A DNA stretch of 63,810 nt, filler included, from Octopus bimaculoides (lineage: Eukaryota), in the NCBI RefSeq assembly GCF_001194135.2. It is 5 parts of 5 records of this genome, joined end to end, with 100 filler letters (N's around TTAATTAATTAA, not from the genome) between each part and the next. Parts side by side here need not be neighbours in the genome. Positions count along the whole stretch, not along the records: positions 1 to 20,336 come from NC_068986.1; positions 20,437 to 35,537 come from NC_069008.1; 3 more parts are not named here. One strand, given 5' to 3'. Under the pieces are notes generated by a model, which made no database searches, was not told where the DNA came from, and saw nothing but the letters and a program-made list of their open reading frames with translations. The position numbers and the translations under genes were made by a program. Position 1 is the stretch's first letter, and every line of letters starts with the position of its first letter. Below, one piece after another: positions 13,031 through 26,147 of this stretch.

Positions 13031-13146
13031 TATTTTGTTAGCGTGTTTAATTGATATTTTGTAATATTTATTCTTTTTTCCTTCAGTTGGGAAGCTTGCA
13101 GGCTAAGGTGATTTTGCTTCAGTCTGACTCAGCACACACGCAAACT

Positions 13147-13181
<35 letters not shown>

Positions 13182-13342
13182 ACATATACACACACATGTA
13201 TGTATGCATGTATANNNNNNNNNNNNNNNNNNNNNNNNNNNNNNNNNNNNNNNNNNNNNNNNNNNNNNNNNNNNNNTATAAGTATATATGTTATATAGTA
13301 TATATGTATGTACGAATGTAAGTATGAAAGCGAGTATGATGT

Positions 13343-13383
<41 letters not shown>

Positions 13384-13944
13384 TTGTAAGAGAATTAAAT
13401 AATAGCATTCTAGTAGATGATATTTGGGAAGCTTCGGAAATCCCCTGGGACAATCCCTCAACATGAAAGTAAACAAGAAACAAAAATGAAAAGATTTGAC
13501 TGAAACGAATTCGAATAAAAACAAAATATAAACAAACTGCGTTATAATTTATAAAATATATATAAAAATAATAATATGGCTTTTGTTTTTCTTTTTACTG
13601 TTATTGTCTTTAGCGTTTTTTTTTTTTCGTTTGTTATCTTTAATTATTTTCCGTGATTATATCTTTTTTCTGCCCGGACATGTCCCGCCATTACTACGAC
13701 CTTAATTTTCTAAAGTTTTTCCTATCTAGTTTTGTTCATTTCTTAGAGATCTATATAGATATTTAGAACTGTATTCCTATTATATATTGCGACAGGTATG
13801 CATGATTATACACACACACATATTTATGTATCCATGTGTATATATTTATGTATATATATTTATGTATTACATATATATAATTGATAATTGATCGCTAGCC
13901 ACTAAACCTCTTTTTATTTTCTCTCCTTGTTTATTTCTTTGTTC

Positions 13945-13980
13945 CTTTCTGTCCAAGAGCGTAGGCTCGAAACGTAAAAG
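13945..13980 (+). ncRNA. Hammerhead-like relic (mutated core) in a Penelope-like terminal repeat
   Basis: CTTT-CTGTCCAA-GAGC(GTAG)GCTC-GAAA-CGT-A-AAAG. Stems I and II and GAAA are intact, but CUGANGA is mutated. Confidence 0.35.
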
Positions 13981-14317
13981 ACTTTCTCATTTCCCGAGCG
14001 TTAAACTAATACATCTGTTTGTTGTTTACACACCCGTCTTCGTCTTGTGTTTTTTGTTTTCTGTTATTTTTATTTGTAAATTCCAATTATATATAAATTT
14101 ATGTATGCATGAGTATAGGTACGTTTGAGCGGGTGTGAGTTTGTAAACGTGTGCGAATGTATGTTCTTGTGTGTGTGTATGTGTGTTTGTCTCTATTTGT
14201 GTGTTGTAATAGTAACTACGAATATAAAGTAAGATCAAAAGGTTTCGTGCAACCAGCCAAGACTGATGTCGTTAGTAGGCTGATAGAAGTTTCAGGTTTT
14301 TCATGCGATATGGTTCT

Positions 14318-14550
14318 AAGTTCTTTATTGCCCACAAGGGGCTAAACATAAAGGGGACAAACAAGGACAGACAAAGGAATTAAGTTGATTACATCGACCC
14401 CAGTGCGTAACTGGTACTTAATTTGTCGACCCCGAAAGGATGAAAAGCAAAGTCGACCTCGGCAGAATCTGAACTCAGAACGTAACGGCAGACGAAATAC
14501 CGCTAAGCATTTCGCCCGGCGTGCTAACGATTCTGCCAGCTCACCGCCTG
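14318..14550 (-). mobile_element. SINE family B (tail type 2) with 17-bp TSD
   Basis: TCATGCGATATGGTTCT (14301-14317) and TCATACGATATGGTTCT (14551-14567) flank the element; Pol III boxes are on the minus strand. Confidence 0.92.
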
Positions 14551-15064
14551 TCATACGATATGGTTCTGTAAATGTTTTTACCAAAATGCTTACACTAATC
14601 TGTATACACTTCTCGGAGCGTGCCTTGCTGACTATACCAATATTCAGAAAAGATTGCATGTTAGATTTTGCTGTGTTAAAATACCGTTTTTATTTGAATG
14701 GCCGCAATGCTTAGCCGAGAGGTTAAAAAAAACAACAAAGAGGTGGGTGTCTGACTCGATGAGAGAGTGAAGTTTCAATCCCAGAAATCTTAAGAACAAC
14801 ATGGTACTCACACCTAAACCTTTTTATTGTACTAAATCAATATGCCGATGACTGTGATTCAGCCGTTGATACACCGGAAGTAGTCAGGCTCTAATCACAG
14901 TAACTCTTACAGTTTATGAAATAATGTGATTGACAGATAACGTCCATTAAACCGATGTTATCCATCAATAGTTCATACACCTCTCTCTTTTGTTCACCCG
15001 TACTTAACACATTTTTCAACATGCACAAATTCCGCTAACAAACGATTTAGTAACTGCTCTTAAT

Positions 15065-15235
15065 TTATAGACAAGCCCAGCAATTTTTAAGGTAGGGGTG
15101 TAGTCAATTAACATGACCCCAGTACGGGACTGGTACTCCTTTATTTTATTGATTCAGGGAGCATGAAAGGCAAAATTGATCTCAGTGAGGGATTTGAACT
15201 CAGAATGCAAAACTTCGGAACATATATCAAAGTAT
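15065..15235 (-). mobile_element. Old SINE family B copy
   Basis: GACCCCAGTAC...GGTAC...GAAAGGCAAAATTGATCTCAG...GATTTGAACTCAGAA. Confidence 0.65.
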
Positions 15236-15491
15236 ATTTTTACGATGTTCTAAAGATTCGGTCAAAAGATTTCCTTTTACTGGTAAAACCTTTTGATTCA
15301 GACAAAAACAGAAAATTGTTCTAGGTGGAACTTGAACCCAGAAAGAAAAGAACCGAATGTCATACTATAATACGTTCGTGAAACTTTCTCAGAATTCTAT
15401 CAATAAATCGCTTTTTTCAAAGGCGTTACAATTGTGAAATATGATTTCCGCATTTGGTACAAAAAGTCATTACGAATATTTAAGTTTATAA

Positions 15492-15523
<32 letters not shown>

Positions 15524-15713
15524 CCACCCNNNNNNNNNNNNNNNNNNNNNNNNNNNNNNNNNNNNNNNNNNNNNNNNNNNNNNNNNNNNNNNNNNNNNNN
15601 NNNNNNNNNNNNNNNNNNNNNNNNNNNNNNNNNNNNNNNNNNNNNNNNNNNNNNNNNNNNNNNNNNNNTATATATATATATATATACACATAAATATATA
15701 TATATGTGTGTGC

Positions 15714-15744
<31 letters not shown>

Positions 15745-15760
15745 ATATATATATATATAT

Positions 15761-15988
15761 ATATATTAGAAAAAATAATAAGGTACTCAGATATCTGGAT
15801 GGTTGTACATTTACAGACTTTTATTAATATGTCACAGATGTTTATTAATATGCCCAGAAAATAAATCTGGAGAATCTACAAGAATAGATGCAAGCGCTAA
15901 TTTATAAAAACATGTGAATTATTAATAAAAATCTGTAAATGTACAACCATCCAGATATCTGAGTACCTTGTTATTTTTTCTAATATAT
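15761..15988. mobile_element. MITE-like element with about 69-bp terminal inverted repeats
   Basis: 15761-15829 and 15920-15988 are reverse complements with 2 mismatches. Confidence 0.85.
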
Positions 15989-17149
15989 AATTCTTGTACA
16001 TCACCTCCAAATCTTCTATATAATGTGCTAGACGAAGATCACCGAATCGAATAGCTCTCAAAGAAAAACAATTTAGCGAAGCAAAAACATACGGGCGAGA
16101 CTAGTGATCTCTTTTATATATACATATACAATAATCCTATTGAGATCTCAGATATTTTTTTCTGAATCTCCTGATTCTTTTAATGTGATAGTTTCCTGGT
16201 ATTAAATTGATATTAATTAATATCCAATTTTTTACCCTACTATTTTAATTATATATATNNNNNNNNNNNNNNNNNNNNNNNNNNNNNNNNNNNNNNNNNN
16301 NNNNNNNNNNNNNNNNNNNNNNNNNNNNNNNNNNNNNNNNNNNNNNNNNNNNNNNNNNNNNNNNNNNNNNNNNNNNNNNNNNNNNNNNNNNNNNNNNNNN
16401 NNNNNNNNNNNNNNNNNNNNNNNNNNNNNNNNNNNNNNNNNNNNNNNNNNNNNNNNNNNNNNNNNNNNNNNNNNNNNNNNNNNNNNNNNNNNNNNNNNNN
16501 NNNNNNNNNNNNNNNNNNNNNNNNNNNNNNNNNNNNNNNNNNNNNNNNNNNNNNNNNNNNNNNNNNNNNNNNNNNNNNNNNNNNNNNNNNNNNNNNNNNN
16601 NNNNNNNNNNNNNNNNNNNNNNNNNNNNNNNNNNNNNNNNNNNNNNNNNNNNNNNNNNNNNNNNNNNNNNNNNNNNNNNNNNNNNNNNNNNNNNNNNNNN
16701 NNNNNNNNNNNNNNNNNNNNNNNNNNNNNNNNNNNNNNNNNNNNNNNNNNNNNNNNNNNNNNNNNNNNNNNNNNNNNNNNNNNNNNNNNNNNNNNNNNNN
16801 NNNNNNNNNNNNNNNNNNNNNNNNNNNNNNNNNNNNNNNNNNNNNNNNNNNNNNNNNNNNNNNNNNNNNNNNNNNNNNNNNNNNNNNNNNNNNNNNNNNN
16901 NNNNNNNNNNNNNNNNNNNNNNNNNNNNNNNNNNNNNNNNNNNNNNNNNNNNNNNNNNNNNNNNNNNNNNNNNNNNNNNNNNNNNNNNNNNNNNNNNNNN
17001 NNNNNNNNNNNNNNNNNNNNNNNNNNNNNNNNNNNNNNNNNNNNNNNNNNNNNNNNNNNNNNNNNNNNNNNNNNNNNNNNNNNNNNNNNNNNNNNNNNNN
17101 NNNNNNNNNNNNNNNNNNNNNNNNNNNNNNNNNNNNNNNNNNNNNNNNN

Positions 17150-17165
17150 ATGATGATGATGATAG

Positions 17166-17208
<43 letters not shown>

Positions 17209-17249
17209 AGTAATGATGACGAAGATGATGATGATGATGATGATGATAG

Positions 17250-17298
<49 letters not shown>

Positions 17299-17308
17299 AG
17301 TGATGATG

Positions 17309-17340
<32 letters not shown>

Positions 17341-17460
17341 GACGATAACGTTGATGATGATGATGATGATGATGGTGATGATGACGATGACGTTGATGAT
17401 GATGACGATGATGATGACGATGATGATGACGACGATGATGATGATGATGATGATGATGGC
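17150..17460. repeat. (GAT)n interrupted array
   Basis: Direct reading. Confidence 0.95.
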
Positions 17461-18249
17461 GACGGCCAACACCACGACGATGATGGTGGTGATGATAATG
17501 ATGACGATGATCATGTACGTGATCGTGACGACGAAGAAAATGAAACAGATAACTATGAATGATGACCATAATAAAGACGACAGAGATGCTGCTGGTGCTG
17601 CTGCTGCTGGTGGTGCTGCTGTTGGTGCTGGTGGTGCTGCTGGTGCCGATATTGGTCAACTTCAGCCACGTCTTCTGTTTAATCTAAACATATTTCAGAA
17701 AAACCGTCTATCTAATCCTGATTCTGTTAGATCTTTTGAGCAACAGGTAGCAGTCAAACGGGAAATATATATATGTGTATATATNNNNNNNNNNATATAT
17801 ATATATATATATATCTTACTGTCTCGTTAAGGATCAACAAAAACGCAGTCAGAAATAAGAGCTGCTAAAAGTTTCTTGCTATTGAGACACGGGGTTAGGA
17901 AGATGTACATAACGTGCCTTGTGTCGCAAAGGAATTTTCGGGCTCAGGGCCTGTGGTTTGTTCTGTCTGAAAATCAAAACGCTCATGTATATAGATAGAT
18001 TTAAGATCTATGTCTATATAGATTCATTGTCGCATGTCTGACAAATGTTTAGAAATATTCTATATTATACGAATGACTGGTATTTATCAATGGGCAATTA
18101 CTGTTATTGAATAAAGAGGATGACATGAAACGGGAATTGTGAGACAGTGATGAAGGCCACATCATCTATAAAGAAATCGGCGGCGATGATGATGAGGACG
18201 GCAACGACGACGGTGTTGGTGTCGGTGTTGTTATTGTCGCTTTTGATGG

Positions 18250-18489
18250 TAGTATTGATGATGATGAAGATGATGATGATAATGATGATGATGATGATAG
18301 TGATGATGATGATGATGATGAAGATGATGATGATGATGATGATGATAGTGATGATGATGATGATGATGATGATTATGATGATGATGATGATAGTAATGAT
18401 GCTGATGATGATGATAGTGATGATGATGATTATGATGATGAGGATGATGATGATGATGACGAAGATGATAATGATGATGATGATGATAG

Positions 18490-18532
<43 letters not shown>

Positions 18533-18573
18533 AGTAATGATGACGAAGATGATGATGATGATGATGATGATAG

Positions 18574-18613
<40 letters not shown>
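18250..18613. repeat. (GAT)n interrupted array
   Basis: Direct reading. Confidence 0.95.
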
Positions 18614-19543
18614 NNNNNNNNNNNNNNNNNNNNNNNNNNNNNNNNNNNNNNNNNNNNNNNNNNNNNNNNNNNNNNNNNNNNNNNNNNNNNNNNNNNNNNN
18701 NNNNNNNNNNNNNNNNNNNNNNNNNNNNNNNNNNNNNNNNNNNNNNNNNNNNNNNNNNNNNNNNNNNNNNNNNNNNNNNNNNNNNNNNNNNNNNNNNNNN
18801 NNNNNNNNNNNNNNNNNNNNNNNNNNNNNNNNNNNNNNNNNNNNNNNNNNNNNNNNNNNNNNNNNNNNNNNNNNNNNNNNNNNNNNNNNNNNNNNNNNNN
18901 NNNNNNNNNNNNNNNNNNNNNNNNNNNNNNNNNNNNNNNNNNNNNNNNNNNNNNNNNNNNNNNNNNNNNNNNNNNNNNNNNNNNNNNNNNNNNNNNNNNN
19001 NNNNNNNNNNNNNNNNNNNNNNNNNNNNNNNNNNNNNNNNNNNNNNNNNNNNNNNNNNNNNNNNNNNNNNNNNNNNNNNNNNNNNNNNNNNNNNNNNNNN
19101 NNNNNNNNNNNNNNNNNNNNNNNNNNNNNNNNNNNNNNNNNNNNNNNNNNNNNNNNNNNNNNNNNNNNNNNNNNNNNNNNNNNNNNNNNNNNNNNNNNNN
19201 NNNNNNNNNNNNNNNNNNNNNNNNNNNNNNNNNNNNNNNNNNNNNNNNNNNNNNNNNNNNNNNNNNNNNNNNNNNNNNNNNNNNNNNNNNNNNNNNNNNN
19301 NNNNNNNNNNNNNNNNNNNNNNNNNNNNNNNNNNNNNNNNNNNNNNNNNNNNNNNNNNNNNNNNNNNNNNNNNNNNNNNNNNNNNNNNNNNNNNNNNNNN
19401 NNNNNNNNNNNNNNNNNNNNNNNNNNNNNNNNNNNNNNNNNNNNNNNNNNNNNNNNNNNNNNNNNNNNNNNNNNNNNNNNNNNNNNNNNNNNNNNNNNNN
19501 NNNNNNNNNNNNNNNNNNNNNNNNNNNNNNNNNNNNNNNNNNN

Positions 19544-19581
<38 letters not shown>

Positions 19582-19703
19582 TAAAGATGTATCATTTATG
19601 GAAACATCATACATATATATACGTAGATGCTTATATATTCACTCACATGTATACACACATACATATATATGTATACATGCGTGTGTGAGTATGTATGTAC
19701 ATT

Positions 19704-19738
<35 letters not shown>

Positions 19739-20280
19739 ATTATTTACTTAAGTGTATTTACGTATATATTTTCATGTAAGTCTATAAATATATATAACTA
19801 CATATATAAGTATATGTGTATATATATACATATGCATATACATATACATACATATGTATATGTGTGTGTGTGCAAATATACACATATATACCTTAGCTAT
19901 GTACGATATACCATTGTCTAGTGTAGATTATGTTATTATGAAGGGCGGATTTTCTGATTCACAAGGAGATTGGAAGATTGCCGTCTCTGTAACATCGTAG
20001 AATGCGACGTTTCCAATAAAGATTAACTTTGCTTAATTCCACTTGTTAAAGACAAAGATTGGAAATTGTACAGAGGCCAAATATATGCAAGGCAGATGTA
20101 ATATTTGATCTAGAATGGTCTGATATATTACAAACACGTACAAGTACACACATACACACATATATAAATATATTTATCCATGAGGCTCACGCTTACACGG
20201 ACACACACATATATATATATATTTATTATATATATATGTATATAGTTATGTATTCATACACATATATACATATATATATG

Positions 20281-20330
<50 letters not shown>

Positions 20331-20380
20331 TGTATANNNNNNNNNNNNNNNNNNNNNNNNNNNNNNNNNNNNNNNNNNNN

Positions 20381-20392
20381 TTAATTAATTAA
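20381..20392. other. Artificial scaffolding linker TTAATTAATTAA (also 35582-35593, 57464-57475, 62391-62402)
   Basis: The identical 12-mer, with stops in all six frames, is centred in short N runs four times. Confidence 0.9.
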
Positions 20393-20644
20393 NNNNNNNN
20401 NNNNNNNNNNNNNNNNNNNNNNNNNNNNNNNNNNNNCCCTCACCCAGCATCCTTTCTTTCCCCGGGACTCTGTTCCTTGGTGAGTATTTTTTAAAGGTCA
20501 CTCTTCCACACTCAGCACACACACACACACACACATACATGCACATGTATATGCAGATATGCGTATACATGTGTGAATATGCATATAAGAGCATGTGTAC
20601 GTGTATATACCAGCCCGCCCACTTACAAGTACATACATCCACAT

Positions 20645-20960
20645 ATGTCTTTTATGTTTTACTTGTTTCAGCCATTAGACTGTGGCCATGCTGGAGCAAC
20701 ACCTTGATAAACCTTTAGTCAAATGAATCGATCTCAGCACTTGGTATTTATTCTGTCAAACTGCTCAGTCATATGGACATAAACCCACCAACACTGGTTG
20801 CCAAGCAGTGGTGGGGACAGAGACACACACACACACACACACTATGGGCTTCTTTTCAGCTTCCATGTATCAAATCCACTCACAAGGANNNNNNNNNNAG
20901 CTTCCATGTATCAAATCCACTCACAAGGATTTGATCGGCCCGAGGCTATAGAAGACACTA
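20645..20960 (-). mobile_element. SINE family C, gap-interrupted, head missing
   Basis: GACTGTGGCCATGCTGGAGCA tail, internal (CA)n and CAAATCCACTCACAAGG body, as in other family C copies. Confidence 0.7.
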
Positions 20961-20974
20961 TCTATCTATCTATA

Positions 20975-21230
20975 TCACCATCATCATCATCATCATCATC
21001 ATCATTGTTTAACGTCCGCTTTCCATGCTGGCATGGGTTGGATGGTTTGACTGTGGGCTGGCACGCCAGAAGGCTGCACCAGGCTCCAATCTGATCTGGC
21101 AGAGTTTCTACAGCTGGATGCCCTTCCTAACGCCAACCACTCTGAGAGTGTAGTGGGTGCTTTTACATACCACAGGCACGAGGGCCAGTCAGGCGGGCCT
21201 GGCATTGATCACGTTCGGATCATGCTTTTT
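20975..21230 (-). mobile_element. SINE family D with (GAT)n tail
   Basis: (TCA)n-TTTAACGTCCGCTTTCCATGCTGGCATGGGTTGG...TCTACAGCTGGATGCCCTTCCTAACGCCAACC; near-copy at 34397. Confidence 0.85.
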
Positions 21231-21450
21231 ACATGGGGTGTTGAAAACTTCCTGGCTTTAAAGGTATTGCGAAAGGCCTGGTTGGAGGCCCAACCTTCCG
21301 AATTCATTTTCAGGGCTTAGAGTAACTGAAGGACCACTGCAAAAAGTGTGTGAATCTGAGAAGGGGAATATGTTGAATAGAATCATAATTAACTGATCCT
21401 CCTGGATTTTCTTTTATCTAAAGACAGGGAATTTTCAGCATTTCTCCATA
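21230..21450 (+). mobile_element. Internally deleted mariner (non-autonomous)
   Basis: Imperfect TIRs TACATGGGGTGTTGAAAACTTCCTGGCTTTA / TAAAGACAGGGAATTTTCAGCA; internal remnant resembling the mariner C-terminus (KCVNL.GEYVE*). Confidence 0.65.
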
Positions 21451-22921
21451 TGCTTTCTTTAAAGGTTTCAGAAGAGGGTTTGTGTAGTCACAAGAAGATA
21501 CAAACATCCTCTGAGCTTTATCCTTGTTGTCCCATGTGGAACATGTGGAACACCCAGAATGTAGCAACTGAGAGGTGAAAGGGTCACATCAGCCATGTGT
21601 CTCTATTAATTTCATTGGTATCCGATCCACCAGAAAGAAAAAAGGCATTGTCAACCTCATGGTAGTCGTAAACGAGTATCACCATCATACAAGCAGTGCT
21701 GTTTGTTTCCAATATTCCATGGAAACATGTCTGGCCATGGAGGAAATATCACCTTGCTTGGAAACAAATTAATAACGACATCATTGAAAGCTCAAAGCTA
21801 CAAGATAATACAAGATTAATTCAAAAACAACGTGAATAAGATAAGCATGCTAGAGGGTTTAAACAAGATGGTCATGGAAGGAGTGTACTAAATTTAAGGA
21901 CTGGTGAATAAGGATTCATGTAGGAATAATAAAAAAAACCCCCGAAAAAAGAACTAAAAAAAATCCATCAACTACTGCCATCACACCACTACATGACACC
22001 CCCATCACTACGATTACCAATACAACACACCACCACCGCCATCACTGCTGCAACACAACAACATCACCATTGTCAGAATCCTACTACCATCACACCTCAT
22101 TCCTATAACACACCAGTGTCACCACCACCACCACCATACCAACATCCTCACCATCACAAGCATGCTATCACCACACACCTCATTCCCACATCAAACCAGT
22201 ATCACTCTCACCACCACCACCACTGCAACATACCAACACTCTCACCACTCTGCTCCTCCATCCCCACCACCACACACTATCCAATAATTCCTCAACAACA
22301 ATATATTATATTTCCCATCCAACAACAACACAAACAACACATGGTACACACACACACACACACATTGGATATTAATTAGATTGTCTGTTGGGGAGATTAA
22401 TTCTACAGACATACTACTACTACTACTACTGCTTCTAACACCACAACCAAAACTACTAATTCTATCGCTACATTACCACCACCTTTCCTATAACAGCTAC
22501 TACTACTATTACTACTACTACTACACAGCTGTCACTACTATGGTCTTACTACTACTACTACCACCACTACAATATTAATCACCCCCAGCACCTGGGGCCT
22601 TGGATACCTTTAGTGGACCCTACTCTGTTGCAAGCAGTTTGGACAAGTTTCTGGTGCAAGGATCCCCCTCACCCACCCTGTCCTTCCTACCACTCTCAAA
22701 GCCCCTATTAAGGGCCATGGATTCTGTCGTACCCTCTGGCTAAAAGATACAAAAAATAACTGCAACTACATTTTGTATTCTTACTGCAACCATCACAATA
22801 TCAACTACTGCCACCACCACCATTATTTGCAAGCATCCTCAAAAGACCCTATAAAGGGCCACAAGCATTGCCTTCCCTCCTGACTAACAGAAAATCATTA
22901 CTCTTTGTGGTGGTCCTTATG

Positions 22922-23100
22922 TTAACCCTTAAGCGCTTAGATTACTCTGTCAAATGTAATTCTTGTTTATTCACATCGTTTTCAATTAATAATTATTTTG
23001 TGATTTCAAAATTTCGATGATGTGATTGCTAATTTATAGAATGGCATTGCAAGGTAGGTGTGAGAGGCTGGATCTGACCAGTTTGACCATAAAACAATAT
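22922..23100. mobile_element. TTAA-CCCTT-terminated MITE fragment (piggyBac-like end)
   Basis: Begins TTAACCCTT; related ends AAAGGGTTCA at about 24716 and AAAAGGTTAA at about 24937. Confidence 0.4.
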
Positions 23101-23109
23101 TTGTCCGTT

Positions 23110-23210
23110 ACAAGGCAGCATGCTGGCAGAAATGTTAGTACGCAACGTGAAATGCTTAGCGGTATTTCATCTGCCATTATGTCCCGAGTTCAAATTCCAC
23201 TGAGGTCAAT
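23110..23210 (+). mobile_element. SINE family B head
   Basis: GCTGGCAGAAATGTTAG...GAAATGCTTAGCGGTATTTC...GAGTTCAAATTCC. Confidence 0.7.
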
Positions 23211-23299
23211 ATATAATCATCTAGCAATCTGACTACATTATTCTAAATATACAATATCTGTACATCATTTCAAAAACTCTCTCTCTCCCTCATATATAT

Positions 23300-23487
23300 G
23301 GTGGGGGGACAAACACAAACACATAACACACACACATGCAGAGGATAGGCTTCTTTCAGTTTCCGTCTACCAAATCCACTCACAAGGCTTTGGTCGGCCC
23401 GAGGCTATAGTAGAAGACACTTGCCCAAGGTGCCACGCAGTGGGACTGAACCCGGAACCATGTGGTTGGGAAGCAAGCTTCTTACCA
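23300..23487 (-). mobile_element. SINE family C (tRNA head plus CORE-like CCTTGGGCAAGTG)
   Basis: Minus strand reads GTGGCTGTGTGGTAAGAAGC...GGTTCAGTCCCACTGCGTGGCACCTTGGGCAAGTGTCTT. Confidence 0.88.
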
Positions 23488-25134
23488 CACAGCCACTATA
23501 CACACACACACACACATATTTGCATAAATATGGAGGACTATCTCACCACCAACGGCNNNNNNNNNNNNNNNNNNNNNNNNNNNNNNNNNNNNNNNNNNNN
23601 NNNNNNNNNNNNNNNNNNNNNNNNNNNNNNNNNNNNNNNNNNNNNNNNNNNNNNNNNNNNNNNNNNNNNNNNNNNNNNNNNNNNNNNNNNNNNNNNNNNN
23701 NNNNNNNNNNNNNNNNNNNNNNNNNNNNNNNNNNNNNNNNNNNNNNNNNNNNNNNNNNNNNNNNNNNNAGGGGAGGGAGGGAGGGAGATAAAGGTCTGTG
23801 GTGGTGGTGGTGGTGGGGGTGGTGAGAGCAACTATAACATACATCACTACCTCACCCCCTCCATTGGCACACACACACATACGTGTTGGTTCACAACCAT
23901 CCTGGGGCACAACTTTGAAGGCTTCGAACCAATCCTATAGTCTCCCAGTAACTAATTCCAGTCTGGTATTTCGTTTATTAATCACTCTTTGTCACACCGC
24001 TAAGTCACATGACACAAAGAGATACAGCATTAAAAACAAACTAAACACACACACACAAACATGAGGCTTCTGTACAGTTTCCATTCACCAATTTCATTGA
24101 CAAGGTATCGGCGGCCACCATGGGGTTGTTGGGAGGAGGGGGTGCAGGGCAGCTAAAATAAGGTTTCTGCAACCTGGGATTGAACCTGGAACAATAGGCT
24201 TACATACTGGATGCTGAAACCAAGTGTGCCCATTCCTATATATATGCATGTGTGTACATATCTTCTCTCTTTTACATGGCACCACCACAAGTGATTTACA
24301 CCCTCCCAGGAGTGCACACTCCAAATCTTGGCACAAAGGGTTTGGTACAAATACAGCCATGTATTTGTAGCTATATTTCCAACCATTTACACAAACATAA
24401 ATGGCCACACACACACACACACGTTATCTAATATATATATGCAATAAAATGACATGCAAAATATTTCTGGAATTATAACAACGAATATACACGAGCAAGT
24501 GTATGTGTTCAGACGAGTGTAGATGTAACCAAGATTCTTTGTTTCAGTTTGTTTTGGAAATTAATGAAGAATGCAGAAAAATAACTCGTTATTAAACTGG
24601 TGTTTGGAACATAAATTAGCACAAAATTTTGATGAAAAGTTTTAATTAGGACCGTTTTAAAACATGAAGTATCCTCGGGCTAAGGACAGTCTGAGGCAAG
24701 TTAGTATCAAAAGGGTTCATCCCAGGTCAGCCCTGGTAAACTCTTTTGTTATCATATTTCTGTTGAAATCCACTGGTCTTGTTTCAAAGAATTTATTGAA
24801 ATGACTATCTGTATTAGTCTGGTGTCAGGAACATGAATTAACATGAAATTTTGGTTTTAATTTAGATCTCTTTAAAACAGGAAATTTGTATCATAGAAGT
24901 AGGGGCAGTCATGGGCAGGTTGGATTTAAAAAGGTTAATATATTTAGTGAAGAAGTGGGGAAGGAGGACAAAGGGATGAGATGTCTTAAGTTTAATTCAC
25001 CTTCGTTGTTAGCCAATTCATCATTCTTTTTATGTACATTTTTCCATCCCACCATGGGTTAGATGAGTGCATATTATTGAAATATTGTTTTACAGCCACA
25101 TAATAGCACCCAGGCCAGTATCATGTAAAAAGAA

Positions 25135-25300
25135 CCAAGAATCTAGCACATACTGTGAAGTGGATTGGCATTAGGAAGGGCATCCATCTGTAGAAACCAG
25201 GCCAAATCAGACTGGAACCAGGTGCAGCTCTTTGGCTTGCCAGCTCTGGTCACACCATCCAACCCATGCCAGCATGGAAAACATATTAAATGGTGATGAC
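25135..25300 (+). mobile_element. SINE family D 3' part
   Basis: GGATTGGCATTAGGAAGGGCATCCATCTGTAGAAACC...CCAACCCATGCCAGCATGGAAAAC. Confidence 0.8.
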
Positions 25301-26081
25301 ACATATGTATGCACACAAACACGATCAGGAAAAAATAGCAAGAAAACAACATCAGTGATGCCTCAATAAATAGATTCATTTCCTATGAATGTTTCAATAT
25401 TGTGCACTTGCTTCACCTCCGTGCACACTTTGCATTTATATATGTGCATGTGTGTGAGATGAAACAAATAAATGGATTGTATGATATGTCGACAATTGTT
25501 TGAGAGATTTTATTGCGACATAATAGACAAGGAGGCATTTATTAACATGCAATATTCATAAGAACGCTACATCGTATTTCTCCAAAGTCATCAGGTTCTA
25601 CTAAAATTACGTGTCAAATATTGATATGCTGCAACAATGGAGATCATAAGATACATCTTCAACGCTACAACATATTAATATTTGAGTCTCGGTTATGGTA
25701 TAGCCTGATGATCAGGGAGACACATGATGCAACAAATTGAATATTCTGATGAATTTCGTGCATTAATATATAACTTGTTGTATACAGTTACATCACAATG
25801 AAATTCTTTTAATGAAACATTCGTAGATATATCATAAAACCCATTAGTCTGTTTTATTATTCTATTATGCCATGCCTATACTTTCATATAAAATGGGATA
25901 ATTGTGGATTTGCATCATGTTGAGCATCAGTGAACTTTCTTGCATCAACGCTCTATTTGCATATTGCTTATACAGACTGTTTCATTTGTTGATTTGTGTC
26001 ATACTTCATATTGATCTGTCTTGATCTATGCAACAGATACCCATCAAATCAGTATATATATATATATATATATTTTTGTTT

Positions 26082-26147
26082 CAGTCATGCAGTGGGATTG
26101 AACCCAGATCTGTGTGGTTGGAAAGCAAACTTCTTACCCCACATCCA
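26082..26147 (-). mobile_element. SINE family C head only
   Basis: GCAGTGGGATTGAACCCAGA...GTGGTTGGAAAGCAAACTTCTTACC. Confidence 0.7.

Noticed and set aside
20381-20392. Recurrent TTAATTAATTAA inside gaps
   Set aside because: Artificial scaffolding linker, not a biological repeat.
20858-20929. 31-bp direct repeat flanking a 10-N gap
   Set aside because: Unmerged contig overlap (negative gap).
25545-25760. Cluster of CTGATGA motifs
   Set aside because: No valid stem II/III or NUH site; better explained as an old degenerate inverted repeat.
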